Made by a program: the position numbers and the translations under genes. From an uncultured Candidatus Saccharibacteria bacterium (GTDB lineage Bacteria; Patescibacteriota; Minisyncoccia; Phycocordibacterales; PALSA-1337), in the NCBI GenBank assembly GCA_964565685.1, contig CAZMFR010000001.1, positions 36,376-100,375 of the forward strand: a stretch of 64,000 bases of DNA. The letters are read 5' to 3'. Under the pieces are notes generated by a model, which saw nothing but the letters and a program-made list of their open reading frames with translations, ran no database searches and was not told the DNA's origin. Shown here one piece after another: positions 47,066-57,857 of the stretch (position 1 is its first letter; every line of letters begins with the position of its first letter).

Positions 47066-47296
47066 ATGAAGTCCCTAGCATCGTTTCTGCCATACGCGCA
47101 AATCGCGGTCGCCGCGGTTCTTGTCGCATTCATACTACTACAGAGAACCGGCGCACAGGTTGGTGGAGCTTTTGGCGGATCAGACAACTGGAGCTCGGCA
47201 TATCACACGCGCCGCGGCCTCGAGAAAGGACTTTTTGTCGGCACTATCATAACTGGAATAATATTTGCCGCATTATCATTGATATCGCTATTATAA
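47066..47296 (+). CDS. secG: preprotein translocase subunit SecG
   Basis: Two TM helices with the central LLQRTGAQVGGAFGG...RRGLEK motif. Confidence 0.6.
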   Translation: MKSLASFLPYAQIAVAAVLVAFILLQRTGAQVGGAFGGSDNWSSAYHTRRGLEKGLFVGTIITGIIFAALSLISLL

Positions 47297-47424
47297 AAGC
47301 CAAAAGTCTTAAAGTCCTTAGTCAAAAGTCAATACAAAAACGGATGCAAGGATTGTCGGCTTTTGATTCGGTGCTTTCGACTTTTATGTTAACAATCTTT
47401 TAACCAAATTGAATATAAACTATT

Positions 47425-49179
47425 GTGATTGAACCAACATCATCTCCGGAAGCTCGCGAATTCCGCATTAAAAAAGGCGAAAAAGCTCTTGCTTTGTTCC
47501 GCGCTTTTTCTGCTACGGAAAAAATAATATTCCTATGCTTTGTTGCTATCGCGTTAGTGACAGCCCTGGTGATGGCAGATGAGGCGAGCCAATATTTCAT
47601 GGTAACTGTGCCTGCTGATGGAGGAACTCTGGTCGAAGGAGAAGTAGGTACGCCGCGCACAGCAAATCCGATTTTGGCTTTCACGGATGTCGACCAGGAT
47701 GTTACTTCCCTGGTTTACGCAGGTCTCTTGCGCAGGGATTCTTCCGGCAACTTGGTGCCGTGCTTGGCCGAGAGCTATTCCATATCGTCTGACGGATTGA
47801 CTTACGATTTTATTTTAAAGAAAAACATATTTTTTGACGACGGCAAGCCGATCACAGCGGATGACGTCGTCTTTACCGTGAACAAAACCCAAGACGCCGC
47901 GATCAAAAGCCCAGAGCGGGCCGATTGGGCAGATGTAACGGTGAAAAAAATCAGCGACAGCGAAGTGCAATTCATATTGAACCAGCCGTACGCGCCATTT
48001 TTGGCCAATACGACCCTCGGCATATTGCCGCAACATATCTGGGGAAATATCAGCGATGATCAGTTTATCTTCAACAGTCACAATATTCAGCCGACCGGCG
48101 ACGGACCTTACGAAGTTGAGACTGTCTCAAAGGATTCAAATGGGGTGCCGCAATCTTATACGCTCGTGCCGTCAAAATATTATACTGGGACAAAACCTTA
48201 TATATCAAAGATCATCCTCGATTTTTATCCGGACGAAAGCCACGCTTTTTCCGCTCTCGAAACCGGAGAGATAGATAGCTTGGCGGGACTTGACCCAGAC
48301 GACGCATCCGCCCTGGCTTCGACCAGCGCTTCTGTAAAGATTCTGACCAATCCGGTGCCGCGCCTCTTTGGAATATTTTTCAATCAAAATCAGAATCCTA
48401 TCCTCGCCGACAAAGCGGTGCGCCAAGCATTATCGTTGGCGGTAGATCGGGAGAGGATCGTCAGCGATGTCCTCGACGGCTACGGGATTCCAGTCAATAG
48501 CCCTGTCCCGCTCGGCATTTTAAAAGCTTCTTCGTCTTCCCTATCGGCTTCCTCTAGCATAGCCCTCGCCACTAGCACTTTGGAAAAAGACGGTTGGAAA
48601 CTAAACGCCAGCGGCATTTACGCAAAAATTGTGAACAAGAAAACCAAGACTCTAAGTTTTTCTATAACCACCGCTGATTCGCCGGATCTGACGGCCGCCG
48701 CTAATATGGTTGCGGAACAATGGCGCGCCATCGGAGCAAACGTCACAGTAAATGTTTTTGAATACAGCGACCTGGAAAACACCATCGGTGCCAGGTCCTA
48801 TGATTCGCTCCTCTTTGGCCAATACATCAGTAACGGTCTCGATCTGTACGCATTTTGGAATTCTTCGCAGAGAAACGCCCCCGGCCTGAATATCGCCGAG
48901 TATGCCAATATTTCCGCAGATAAAGCTCTTTCTTCTGCCCGATCAGCTACCAGCTCCACGGCACAATCGGCTGACCTGTCCGCATTTCAAGCCATCTTTT
49001 CCCAAGATATTCCCGCCGTGTTCATTTATTCACCAGATCTGATCTATGTCATACCGGACAAACTGCATGGCGTGGATATTGATTCGGTTTCCATGCCCGC
49101 CGATCGATGGAACGGAGTAAGTAATTGGTATATAGATACGGATAGAGTTTGGAGCATATTTACGGAATTCAAATTATAA
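47425..49179 (+). CDS. ABC transporter substrate-binding protein, family 5 (peptide/nickel type), solitary
   Basis: 584 aa. N-terminal TM anchor. SBP_bac_5-like core (LVPCLAESYSISSDGLTYDFILKKNIFFDDGKPITADDVVFT). No adjacent permease or ATPase genes. Confidence 0.7.
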   Translation: MIEPTSSPEAREFRIKKGEKALALFRAFSATEKIIFLCFVAIALVTALVMADEASQYFMVTVPADGGTLVEGEVGTPRTANPILAFTDVDQDVTSLVYAGLLRRDSSGNLVPCLAESYSISSDGLTYDFILKKNIFFDDGKPITADDVVFTVNKTQDAAIKSPERADWADVTVKKISDSEVQFILNQPYAPFLANTTLGILPQHIWGNISDDQFIFNSHNIQPTGDGPYEVETVSKDSNGVPQSYTLVPSKYYTGTKPYISKIILDFYPDESHAFSALETGEIDSLAGLDPDDASALASTSASVKILTNPVPRLFGIFFNQNQNPILADKAVRQALSLAVDRERIVSDVLDGYGIPVNSPVPLGILKASSSSLSASSSIALATSTLEKDGWKLNASGIYAKIVNKKTKTLSFSITTADSPDLTAAANMVAEQWRAIGANVTVNVFEYSDLENTIGARSYDSLLFGQYISNGLDLYAFWNSSQRNAPGLNIAEYANISADKALSSARSATSSTAQSADLSAFQAIFSQDIPAVFIYSPDLIYVIPDKLHGVDIDSVSMPADRWNGVSNWYIDTDRVWSIFTEFKL

Positions 49180-49289
49180 GATTAAAATTATTAAAAGATA
49201 AAAGTTAAAATTCCAGAGCCGAAAGCCATAAGTCAAAAAGATAAGCATCGACTTTTGACCAGATACATCCGGCTTTCGATCAAAAAACC

Positions 49290-51206
49290 ATGAACCCAAT
49301 CAACCCACCAACAACATCAACAAGAAGCCCTTCATCGTCTCGCCCAGTCTCATATACACGCGCGCCTTCGCGGCATGGCCAGCGTCCTTTTCGCCGTGGG
49401 AACAGCGCTTTTTCCTCGACAAAAAAAGACGGTCCGGCAGGAGGATTGCGTCCAAGCCATTTTTCGACCGCTGGCAAGAACAATTTTGATCCAAAAATGA
49501 AGGAAGCCGAGGTCATTCCGCCGCTTCTCCCTGATTCGATCCGCATAATTCCGCTCGGCGGTGTAGAAGAGATCGGCAAGAATTGCACCATGATAGAGGT
49601 AGGCGACGACATCGTCATCATCGACATCGGCTTTCAATTCAAAGACGAGAACACTCCGGGCATCGATTATATATTGCCGAATACAAAATACGTCGAGGAA
49701 AGAAAGGAAAAAGTGCGCGCCGTCATCGTCACCCACGGCCACCTAGACCATATCGGCGCCATACCGTTCGTCATGCCGCGGATCGGCAATCCACCGCTCT
49801 ACACCCGCCTTCTAACATCGGTCATGATAAAGAAGCGCCAGGAAGAATTCCTCCATATGCCGCCCCTCGATCTTCGCGTCATTGAAAAAGACGAGACGAT
49901 AACTGTCGGCAAATTGAAAGTGCGTTTTTTCAGCGTCACTCACACTATTCCAGACGCCATGGGCGTCATAATTGAGACTCCGTGGGGTTCTATTGTCCAC
50001 ACAGGCGACCTCAAACTGGATCATATAGACGGCGTACCGACAGAAGCCGAAGAGCAAGAATACGCCCGCGCTTTCAAAAACGAGAATGTCCTGATGCTGA
50101 TGGCCGATTCCACGAACGTTGAAAACCCCGGTTTTTCCATACCTGAGAAGCAGGTGCACAAGAACATAGAAGAGATAATAAAAAATGTCCAAGGGCGCCT
50201 GATAGTAGCCACTTTCTCTTCCCTTCTCGAACGCATTCTGAAAATAATCGAATTCGCAGAAAAATATGGCAAGAAAGTCTGTGTCGAAGGCCGATCGATG
50301 AAACAAAACATCGAGATCTGCAAACAGCTCGGTCTCCTTAAACCAAAAAAAGACACCATGATAACGAGCGAGGAAATAGATCAATTCCCGCCGGAACGGA
50401 TGATCATCTTGGCCACCGGTGCCCAAGGCGACGAATATGCCGCTATGATGCGCATGGCGAACAAGACGCATAAATATGTAAAGATCACGAAGCGCGATAC
50501 CATCCTCTTGTCTTCATCTGTCGTACCAGGCAACGAACGCGCCGTGCAGAAATTAAAAGACAACCTCTCACGTCAAGGCGCTCACATCATCCATTACAAG
50601 ATCGCTGACGTGCATTCATCCGGTCACGCAAACCGCGATGAGACGGCATGGATACACAAGAAGATCCATCCAAAATTCTTCATGCCGCTCCACGGCTACC
50701 ACTATATGTTGCGCGTGCACGGCGAGATCGCCCGTGAGGCGAACAATTTGCCAGAAGAAAGCGTCATCATCCCTGACAACGGCGCAATCCTGGAGATCCA
50801 GAGCAAGGGCGAGAAAATAGTCAGATTAAAGGAGAAGGCGGCGTCGAACATAGTCATGGTCGATGGCTTCTCTGTTGGAGACATCCAGGATGTCGTCATT
50901 CGAGACCGCCAAGCATTAGCCCAGGACGGAATATTCATCGTCTTCGCCATAATCAACAGCCAGACAGGCCGTCTACGAAAATCTCCAGACATAATCAGCC
51001 GCGGCTTTGTCTACCTGCGCGAGTCTCAAACTCTGCTCCACGAAACGCGCATCCTGATCAAAAATACAGTCGAAAAATCTACCCACGGCATGAATCCGAT
51101 CAATGTAGATTATATAAAGGAGAACATCACCGACGAAGTCAGCCGCTTCCTCTTGCAAAAGACCGCAAAACGTCCGATGGTCATCCCTGTGATACTTACA
51201 GTGTAA
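49290..51206 (+). CDS. rnj: ribonuclease J (metallo-beta-lactamase/beta-CASP) with a Pro/Ser/Arg-rich N-terminal extension
   Basis: HxHxDH motif VTHGHLDHIGAIP. The core begins at IRIIPLGGVEEIGKN. The first roughly 70-90 aa are low-complexity. An alternative start exists at the internal ATG at 49497. Confidence 0.85.
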   Translation: MNPINPPTTSTRSPSSSRPVSYTRAPSRHGQRPFRRGNSAFSSTKKDGPAGGLRPSHFSTAGKNNFDPKMKEAEVIPPLLPDSIRIIPLGGVEEIGKNCTMIEVGDDIVIIDIGFQFKDENTPGIDYILPNTKYVEERKEKVRAVIVTHGHLDHIGAIPFVMPRIGNPPLYTRLLTSVMIKKRQEEFLHMPPLDLRVIEKDETITVGKLKVRFFSVTHTIPDAMGVIIETPWGSIVHTGDLKLDHIDGVPTEAEEQEYARAFKNENVLMLMADSTNVENPGFSIPEKQVHKNIEEIIKNVQGRLIVATFSSLLERILKIIEFAEKYGKKVCVEGRSMKQNIEICKQLGLLKPKKDTMITSEEIDQFPPERMIILATGAQGDEYAAMMRMANKTHKYVKITKRDTILLSSSVVPGNERAVQKLKDNLSRQGAHIIHYKIADVHSSGHANRDETAWIHKKIHPKFFMPLHGYHYMLRVHGEIAREANNLPEESVIIPDNGAILEIQSKGEKIVRLKEKAASNIVMVDGFSVGDIQDVVIRDRQALAQDGIFIVFAIINSQTGRLRKSPDIISRGFVYLRESQTLLHETRILIKNTVEKSTHGMNPINVDYIKENITDEVSRFLLQKTAKRPMVIPVILTV

Positions 51207-51274
51207 AGATAAAGAAGAAAATAGAAAACCGCTCGGAACATTCCGGGCGGTTTTGTGAATTTTCGAGAGTCAAG

Positions 51275-51757
51275 TCAATGGAGCAGATGTGGCTCTAGTG
51301 GTTCTTTTACGGCACTCCATGAATTGCTACGGTTGAGCAAGTAGAATTGACCGTTCCTATCGAGCGTCAAATGATCGATATATGACGGATTGTCTTTTAA
51401 ATGCCCATGCACGCTCCAATCAGAAATCTTCCCCTTGCCCTTTCGTGCTTCGAGCTCCCGATCAAGCCGAGCAAGAGGACCCATATTGCCGATCTCTGTG
51501 AGATCGATCTCGAGGACATAATTGGGCAAAAGAGCGTTCGCTCGGCATGAGAGCAAGCTGCCGTCTTCGGTGAGGACAAAATCCTTGCTCTCGATATGAT
51601 TGCTTGCATTCGAGACCGCGTTGCCGAGAGTGGTCAGAATATTTTTGACGCCAAGCTTGCCGGAAGCATTCAATAGACCGAAGAGTTCTTGCTCATCCAC
51701 AACTACCTCGAATCTCCAATTCTCGATCGGATGTTTCGGATCGATCTCGTTGCTCAT
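51275..51757 (-). CDS. hypothetical protein
   Basis: 160-aa ORF with no motif. Confidence 0.45.
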   Translation of the reverse strand: MSNEIDPKHPIENWRFEVVVDEQELFGLLNASGKLGVKNILTTLGNAVSNASNHIESKDFVLTEDGSLLSCRANALLPNYVLEIDLTEIGNMGPLARLDRELEARKGKGKISDWSVHGHLKDNPSYIDHLTLDRNGQFYLLNRSNSWSAVKEPLEPHLLH

Positions 51758-51830
51758 AGTATTCCTTTTTGTTGAACGTTGAACTGGGAGAGACTATACA
51801 TTAAAAAATGATATTTTACGAGAAAACATC

Positions 51831-51855
51831 GGTACAAGGTAGCACCTTGTACAAA
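51831..51855. repeat. palindromic hairpin element: GGTACAAGGTAGCACCTTGTACAAA
   Basis: Intergenic, in a divergent promoter region. Confidence 0.8.
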
Positions 51856-51967
51856 ATCCTTGCTATAATAGACAGCACAAGAAACATGACAAGACCCACG
51901 CTTTCGCGTGAATAACGAACGATTATTAGGTTTTTCATTTCGATTTTTGCATTTTCAATCTACTATC

Positions 51968-53194
51968 ATGCGCCACATAGAGCCAATCGCCAGATTCAAG
52001 AAGATCATTTACACCATAGGATTGATCAATTTCCTGTTTACTTTTCATTTGGCCGTCACGGCCTATATCGATTCTTCATATCTTAGCTTGTTCGCCAGCC
52101 AGAGATTCGTCGGCGGGATATATATGGCGGCGGCCGGAGTGACCGTGCTGGCATTCTTCCTGATATATCGCGTCTTGAAAAGATTCGGCGACTACGCCAC
52201 CTCCATCGGATTGCTGACCTTGGACGCGCTATCGATGATAGGCATCATTTGGGGACAATATCCGGTCGTCATCGAGATCTCGTTCATCATCAATATGGCG
52301 ATCCTGGCCTTGGTCAGTTTCACCTATGATGTCTTCCTGGAGACATACACCGACGTGGCTCATACGGGCGGCGTGCGAGGATTCTTTCTAGCTCTGACAA
52401 ACAGCGCCTGGATACTTTCGCCGCTTGTAGCCGGAATGCTAGTAATAGGCCATGTATATACGAATGTGTACATCGTAGCTCTTGCCATGCTCGTGCCGGT
52501 CTTTTATCTTGCCCACAAAAACCTCCGTCATTTCCATGACTCTCATTATGAATCGCCTTCTGCATGGGCGACTATACGCGAAGTGGCGGATTTGCCCGAT
52601 ATATGGAAACTCTGCATCATCAACACCGTTCTCCAGACTTTTTATTGCTGGATGGTCATCTATCTGCCGCTGTATCTGGCGAATACTATAGGATTCGATT
52701 GGTCGTCCATAGGCATCATCCTGACCATCATGCTCTTGCCGTTCATTCTGATCCAAGCGCCATTCGGCAGGATCGCCGATCAGGGCTGGGGTGAAAAACG
52801 CCTGATGATCATCGGATTTTTCATCATGGGCGCGGCCACGATCGCCCTCTGTTTTATCCATGTTCCTTCGATGATAATATGGGCAGGAGCGCTGTTTGCC
52901 ACGCGTTGCGGTGCAGCGCTTGCTGAAGTGATGATCGAGACTTATTTCTTTAAAAAAGTAAAGCCGCAAGATTCGAACGTTCTATCGCTCTTTCGCACCA
53001 CTCGCCAAATTCCATATTTTATCGCTCCGATCATAACCGTCGTCGGTCTCATATTCACCAGTTCGGCTGGTCTATTTATCGTTCTCGGTTCCATCTGTCT
53101 CGTGACGATTTTTTTGATCGCTTTTATAAAAGACACGGATAGACACGCAAAAGCCAATGATGGAGTCGTAATGACGATCGGAAAATTCACTTGA
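51968..53194 (+). CDS. MFS-type transporter
   Basis: Roughly 12 predicted TM helices with MFS-like organisation. The start is chosen at an internal ATG. Confidence 0.6.
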   Translation: MRHIEPIARFKKIIYTIGLINFLFTFHLAVTAYIDSSYLSLFASQRFVGGIYMAAAGVTVLAFFLIYRVLKRFGDYATSIGLLTLDALSMIGIIWGQYPVVIEISFIINMAILALVSFTYDVFLETYTDVAHTGGVRGFFLALTNSAWILSPLVAGMLVIGHVYTNVYIVALAMLVPVFYLAHKNLRHFHDSHYESPSAWATIREVADLPDIWKLCIINTVLQTFYCWMVIYLPLYLANTIGFDWSSIGIILTIMLLPFILIQAPFGRIADQGWGEKRLMIIGFFIMGAATIALCFIHVPSMIIWAGALFATRCGAALAEVMIETYFFKKVKPQDSNVLSLFRTTRQIPYFIAPIITVVGLIFTSSAGLFIVLGSICLVTIFLIAFIKDTDRHAKANDGVVMTIGKFT

Positions 53195-53257
53195 TCGGCT
53201 CATCCGAACGCTACGCGAGCAGATCATTTCAATGTCAATCGTTTATTACTTTTATGA

Positions 53258-54583
53258 TCATCTTCCTACGGCACCCTCCCCTTTCTTCCAATCTTTGACT
53301 GCAGTCCAAATCAATCCGCCATACCGCACGCACAGTATCATAGCGGTCGTCCAGAATATGCCGAGCGAGTAGCCGGCGAGAATATCGGAAAGCCAATGGA
53401 CGCCCAAAACAAGGCGGCTTCCTCCGACGGCAAGAGCAAGGATAAGCAGGGCCACGATGAGGAACCAGCGCCATGATTTTGAAGGCATTTTTGGAGAGAA
53501 AAAATATACCGTCAGAACGAGCGCGCCCGCGATAGCCGTAGCGTGACCTGACGGAAAGCTGAAATCGGAAAGGCGGACGAGAGCGTCAAACGGACGGGGA
53601 CTGGCTATGACGTTCTTGAAAAACTCAGTCAAAAAATATCCGCCGATGGTAGAAGACAGGACTATGTAGAAATGCCTCCAACGTTCCTTTATGAAAAAAT
53701 AAACCGACAAGCAGATAGCCGCTACAAACAAAACGACAGGACCGAGCACGACGCCGATACAGTTCGCCATCGGCACGAGCCATACCGATGCATGGGCGAT
53801 GTTTCCAAACCATATATTCACGGCTACATCAGGATTCAACATAAAATGATGCCATCCGGATATTCCTTGGAGCATGGAAGCAAAACCGGACAGGGCTAAA
53901 ATGTTCAAGCCCAGGGCAAAAATCTCATACTTGGCAAAGATATGGAATTGTCGGCTGATAAAACGATATGCTATGGCTATGAGCACGGCTATGACCAGAG
54001 CGATGACGATTATGCGGCCGAAATATACCGAAGCCAGAGAATAGCTCGCTCCAAAAATATATCCGACGACAGCCGCCAGCGCCGTCCAGCATACGTTGGC
54101 AAAGACATCGATGAGGAAGAATCTGACAAAGGAAACCTTGCTAGATCCGACAACGAACGGAACCAGAGATCGCGTAAAAGGATTGAATTTGCCTATAAAA
54201 ACCGCTTTTGAAAGATGCCCGGAGACCAAGTTCCTCGTCTTTTCGATGGATTCATCCTTGATGGAAAAGATCTTGCCGAGACGCAAGAGAAAGGCATAGC
54301 CGTATCTCTTGCCAAAAAGATATCCTACGATATCGCCTAGTATCATGCCGCCTATAGCAGTCAATATGACCGAGCTGAAATCCAAAGCGCCGATCTTTGC
54401 CAGAAAAAACGCAAAGATGACGATCGTATGGCTAGGAGAAAGGAGACCGATCGGTGGTATGCCTTCGATAAAAGTGACGAGAAAAACTATCAATGGACCG
54501 CCAGCCCCAAGCCACGATTCTATCCAGGGCTGGAGCTGGTAGATATGAGAGATGTGAGGCAGGAATAAGTGGAGATGATGCAT
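53258..54583 (-). CDS. fused DedA-family / PAP2-family (phosphatidic acid phosphatase type 2) membrane protein
   Basis: N-terminal DedA-like region (FIEGIPPIGLLSPSHTIV...GDIVGYLFGKRYG). C-terminal PAP2 motifs KNVIASPRP...PSGHAT...SRLVLGVHWLSD. Confidence 0.65.
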   Translation of the reverse strand: MHHLHLFLPHISHIYQLQPWIESWLGAGGPLIVFLVTFIEGIPPIGLLSPSHTIVIFAFFLAKIGALDFSSVILTAIGGMILGDIVGYLFGKRYGYAFLLRLGKIFSIKDESIEKTRNLVSGHLSKAVFIGKFNPFTRSLVPFVVGSSKVSFVRFFLIDVFANVCWTALAAVVGYIFGASYSLASVYFGRIIVIALVIAVLIAIAYRFISRQFHIFAKYEIFALGLNILALSGFASMLQGISGWHHFMLNPDVAVNIWFGNIAHASVWLVPMANCIGVVLGPVVLFVAAICLSVYFFIKERWRHFYIVLSSTIGGYFLTEFFKNVIASPRPFDALVRLSDFSFPSGHATAIAGALVLTVYFFSPKMPSKSWRWFLIVALLILALAVGGSRLVLGVHWLSDILAGYSLGIFWTTAMILCVRYGGLIWTAVKDWKKGEGAVGR

Positions 54584-54793
54584 GGGGAAAATGCTAATGC
54601 TAAGTCAGTGTGGATAATTCTAGCATAAAAAACCACGGGATGTTGTATAATATATGTGCTTTTTTATTAGCGATTTTTTGAATCAAAGTTCCCGCCTTTG
54701 GCCTTGCCTCGCGCTTCCATAATGTGTTTCGTCTTGAGCTTCGTCCTAGGTCTCGTCTTGGATGGGTTTTAATAATTTAAAAAATCTATTTTT

Positions 54794-55468
54794 ATGAAGA
54801 TATTATTCGTTGACGACGATGCGGATCTGCGCGAGGTTATGAGAGACAATCTCGAAGCGGAATCTTATACCGTAGATGTCGCTCCAGACGGCAAAAATGG
54901 CTCATACATGGCTAGGACCAATCATTATGATCTGGTCATTTTGGATTATTCCATGCCAGAAAAGAACGGCGCCGTCGTCGCTAAAGAAATCCGCGGGGCT
55001 GGTCTGGCCACGCCGATAATATTCCTCTCTATCATTGATGATGCGGAAAAGAAAGTGGCCGTTTTAGAGAGCGGCGCTGACGATTATATGGAAAAGCCGT
55101 TCGCTTATGCCGAGCTCTCGGCCAGAGTAAAGGCGATTCTGCGCCGGCCGCCGGAGGTAAAACAGAATATAATCGCAGTAGGCGGCATCGTCATCGATCT
55201 ATCCAGACAAACTGTCACGCTCGATAGCACTGCTCTGTATCTGACATGTAAAGAATTCAATCTCCTGCGATACCTCGTGAGCAACAAAAACCTGGTTCTA
55301 TCGCGAAGCATGATCATGGATCATGTTTGGAACGCGAATAGCGACCCTTTTTCAAACACGATCGAGGCCCATATCACCAATTTGCGTAAAAAGCTCCACA
55401 ACGGCAATCGCGAATATATAATCAATGTGCCAGGACGCGGCTATATGATCACTGATGGCAACCGGTGA
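54794..55468 (+). CDS. OmpR-family response regulator
   Basis: Receiver domain (KILFVDDDADL...D...K) and winged-helix C-terminal domain (LTCKEFNLLRYL...RGYMI). Confidence 0.85.
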   Translation: MKILFVDDDADLREVMRDNLEAESYTVDVAPDGKNGSYMARTNHYDLVILDYSMPEKNGAVVAKEIRGAGLATPIIFLSIIDDAEKKVAVLESGADDYMEKPFAYAELSARVKAILRRPPEVKQNIIAVGGIVIDLSRQTVTLDSTALYLTCKEFNLLRYLVSNKNLVLSRSMIMDHVWNANSDPFSNTIEAHITNLRKKLHNGNREYIINVPGRGYMITDGNR

Positions 55469-55579
55469 TAGACGCTCTTTCCATGCTGAATTTTGCCAAC
55501 TCTAATAAAGATTGCATCGGTAAAATAGTCCTAAATATAGCGGTTATACAGCTCTATTCTTGTATGGCCTGCCTGTGCA

Positions 55580-55606
55580 TAACTATTTTAACTTTTCTTA
55601 ATACCA
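55580..55606 (+). promoter_or_regulatory. partial copy 4 of the AT-rich promoter-associated repeat upstream of the sensor kinase
   Basis: TAACTATTTTAACTTTTCTTAATACC, then 8 nt, then CTATGCT. Matches the 3' half of the repeat, including the spacing to a -10-like hexamer. Confidence 0.4.
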
Positions 55607-55642
55607 AAAGAGCTATGCTTGTGTGCGATCTATATCGACACG

Positions 55643-57100
55643 ATGAAATCTAAAATAGATATTTTTAAAGCAAGAACGATAACGGCTTTGGCAAAAGTCC
55701 GCGCAGTTTTTATATCAATTCAAAGAAAGCGCGACAACGAGCGAGAAATGGAAACGATCCTCAATGCCATAATCTTACCGACTATAGGTTTTTTGACCAT
55801 GTTATTTTTAGTCGTTCTATATAACACCCTTGGTCTCAAGGACAATTACGATTGCGCGCATACCGCATGCTTTGCATCGATCATCGCTGTATTTATCCTG
55901 CTATTTATCATGTCGCGGCGCGGATATATACGCTTGTCAGCTTGCGGCGTGATAGTTTTATTCTTTTGTGGGTCTTTTTATTGCGGATACCGTTGGGGAG
56001 CCAGCTTGCCGGAAACGGTTTTGTGTTTCGCTCTGACTATGGGCGTTACCAATCTTCTATTCGGCATAAGAACAAGCATTGCAATCATGGTCGCTTCTTT
56101 TGCAGCTATATTCTATCTGAGTAGCCACGAAATGAATCATCCAGAGATACTCTCTTGGCAAAATGGGAACTTGGATCTAACAGATTTCATCGCATTCTTT
56201 GGCATCATAGTCTTCATGTTCGGCCTATCATGGATATCGCGCTGGAAGATGGCAAAATCTTTGGCGAGAGCAGAGACCTCAGAAAAAGAACTCGAGCGAG
56301 AAAGGAATGCCCTTGAAATTCGTGTAGCCGAGAGAACCGCAGAGCTGAAACAATCCCAAGAAAAGCACATCAGCGAGCTGGCTTCCATCGCCGAATTCGG
56401 CCAATTGTCGCAGGGATTATTCCATGACCTCATCTCGCCGATCCAATCGATGCTATCGTATATAGAAAAACTTAGTACACTGCCAGGAGAAAAGGAGATC
56501 CGAGAAAGCAATGAATCTCTGCAAAAGATGTGTCTGGCGATAAAGAGATTCAATTGTTATCTCTCTTCCCTGCGGACGTCCATAGGATGCCCTATGACCG
56601 AGAAGAATTGCTCGTTCGAAGGAGAATTGGATAATGCATTCAATCTATTGGCTTTTAATGCCCGAACTTGCTCTGTTTCTTGCAACAGACCGGGGAAAGA
56701 GATCGGGTGCATTCCTTTTGAGCCGGCAGACATCCACTATGTCCTCTTCAATCTAGTCTCGAATGCTATAGATTCATATGAGAATATTCACGATGATAGG
56801 ACGAGGATCGTATACATAAATGCTGAAATAAAAAAAGGAACAGATAAAATGACAGAAGAAAGCTTGTCTATAACGATATGCGACAATGGCATCGGCATTC
56901 CGCCGGAAAATCTGCCGCATATATTCGACCAGTTCTTCACCACAAAGAAACCCTGTCGAGGCATCGGCATCGGCTTGTCGACAGTCAAATATATCGTCAC
57001 CAAGCTCGATGGGACTATTTCCGTTGAAAGCGAGGTCAATATAGGAACAAAATTCAGGGTGATATTACCCTTGATACATAGACAAGTGAGACAAGGGTAG
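55643..57100 (+). CDS. sensor histidine kinase (cognate to the upstream response regulator)
   Basis: N-terminal TM helices, coiled-coil, HisKA-like region and HATPase_c (ICDNGIGIPPENLPHIFDQFFTTK...GIGIGLSTVK). The start is uncertain: the ORF track begins at 55619 on a non-ATG codon. Confidence 0.8.
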   Translation: MKSKIDIFKARTITALAKVRAVFISIQRKRDNEREMETILNAIILPTIGFLTMLFLVVLYNTLGLKDNYDCAHTACFASIIAVFILLFIMSRRGYIRLSACGVIVLFFCGSFYCGYRWGASLPETVLCFALTMGVTNLLFGIRTSIAIMVASFAAIFYLSSHEMNHPEILSWQNGNLDLTDFIAFFGIIVFMFGLSWISRWKMAKSLARAETSEKELERERNALEIRVAERTAELKQSQEKHISELASIAEFGQLSQGLFHDLISPIQSMLSYIEKLSTLPGEKEIRESNESLQKMCLAIKRFNCYLSSLRTSIGCPMTEKNCSFEGELDNAFNLLAFNARTCSVSCNRPGKEIGCIPFEPADIHYVLFNLVSNAIDSYENIHDDRTRIVYINAEIKKGTDKMTEESLSITICDNGIGIPPENLPHIFDQFFTTKKPCRGIGIGLSTVKYIVTKLDGTISVESEVNIGTKFRVILPLIHRQVRQG

Positions 57101-57102
57101 GA

Positions 57103-57822
57103 TCATCCGTTTATATTTTCTACCGTCACTTTTTCCATAGTTACAGGCGTAAGCGGCTTGTCGTTTGAGTCGACCGGTACGGCTGCGATTGCGTCGACTA
57201 CATCTTGCCCGGAAATGACTTTGCCAAATATAGTGTAGAGATGTGGCAGAGGATTGTTCGCTTGCATTATGAAGAATTGCGAGCCATTGGTATTTGGACC
57301 AGAATTAGCCATGGCGACAGTGCCAGGCACATAGCCGGCCTCATACGAAGGCGTAGCCGGGTTCAATTCGTCGGCAAAAGCATATCCCGGACCTCCCCTG
57401 CCGGTGCCGGTAGGATCGCCGCCTTGGATCATGAATCCCTCGATGACGCGATGGAAGATGAGACCATTGTAAAAGCCCTTGTTCGCCAATGTGATGAAGT
57501 TGTTGACGGTATTCGGCGCATCAGCATCATATGTTTCAAAGATGATGGTGCCCATATTCGTTTGGATGGTTATTTTATGCATGAAGTTTTGTACAGCTGT
57601 CGTGCTCGCTACAGAAGATGTCGTAGAAGCGGACGAAACTGTCGTCGTTGATACTGAAGCTGATAATAATCCTACGGCATCGCTCGAAGTCGCGGTTGCG
57701 CTCGACGATGATGTTGACCCTGAACTGGCGCCCGCCCACCAAATGATGCCGCCGATGATGGCGAGGATTATGATACCCGAAATGACATATACAGTTGTTC
57801 CGACCGATGTGTCCCCTTTCAT
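57103..57822 (-). CDS. ppiB: cyclophilin-type peptidyl-prolyl cis-trans isomerase, membrane-anchored
   Basis: FHRVIEGFMIQGGDP...GGPGY cyclophilin core, N-terminal TM helix, S/T-rich linker. Confidence 0.8.
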   Translation of the reverse strand: MKGDTSVGTTVYVISGIIILAIIGGIIWWAGASSGSTSSSSATATSSDAVGLLSASVSTTTVSSASTTSSVASTTAVQNFMHKITIQTNMGTIIFETYDADAPNTVNNFITLANKGFYNGLIFHRVIEGFMIQGGDPTGTGRGGPGYAFADELNPATPSYEAGYVPGTVAMANSGPNTNGSQFFIMQANNPLPHLYTIFGKVISGQDVVDAIAAVPVDSNDKPLTPVTMEKVTVENING

Positions 57823-57857
57823 TGTTTTTCTTGAAAAAATTAAGCTTGCTAAGTCGT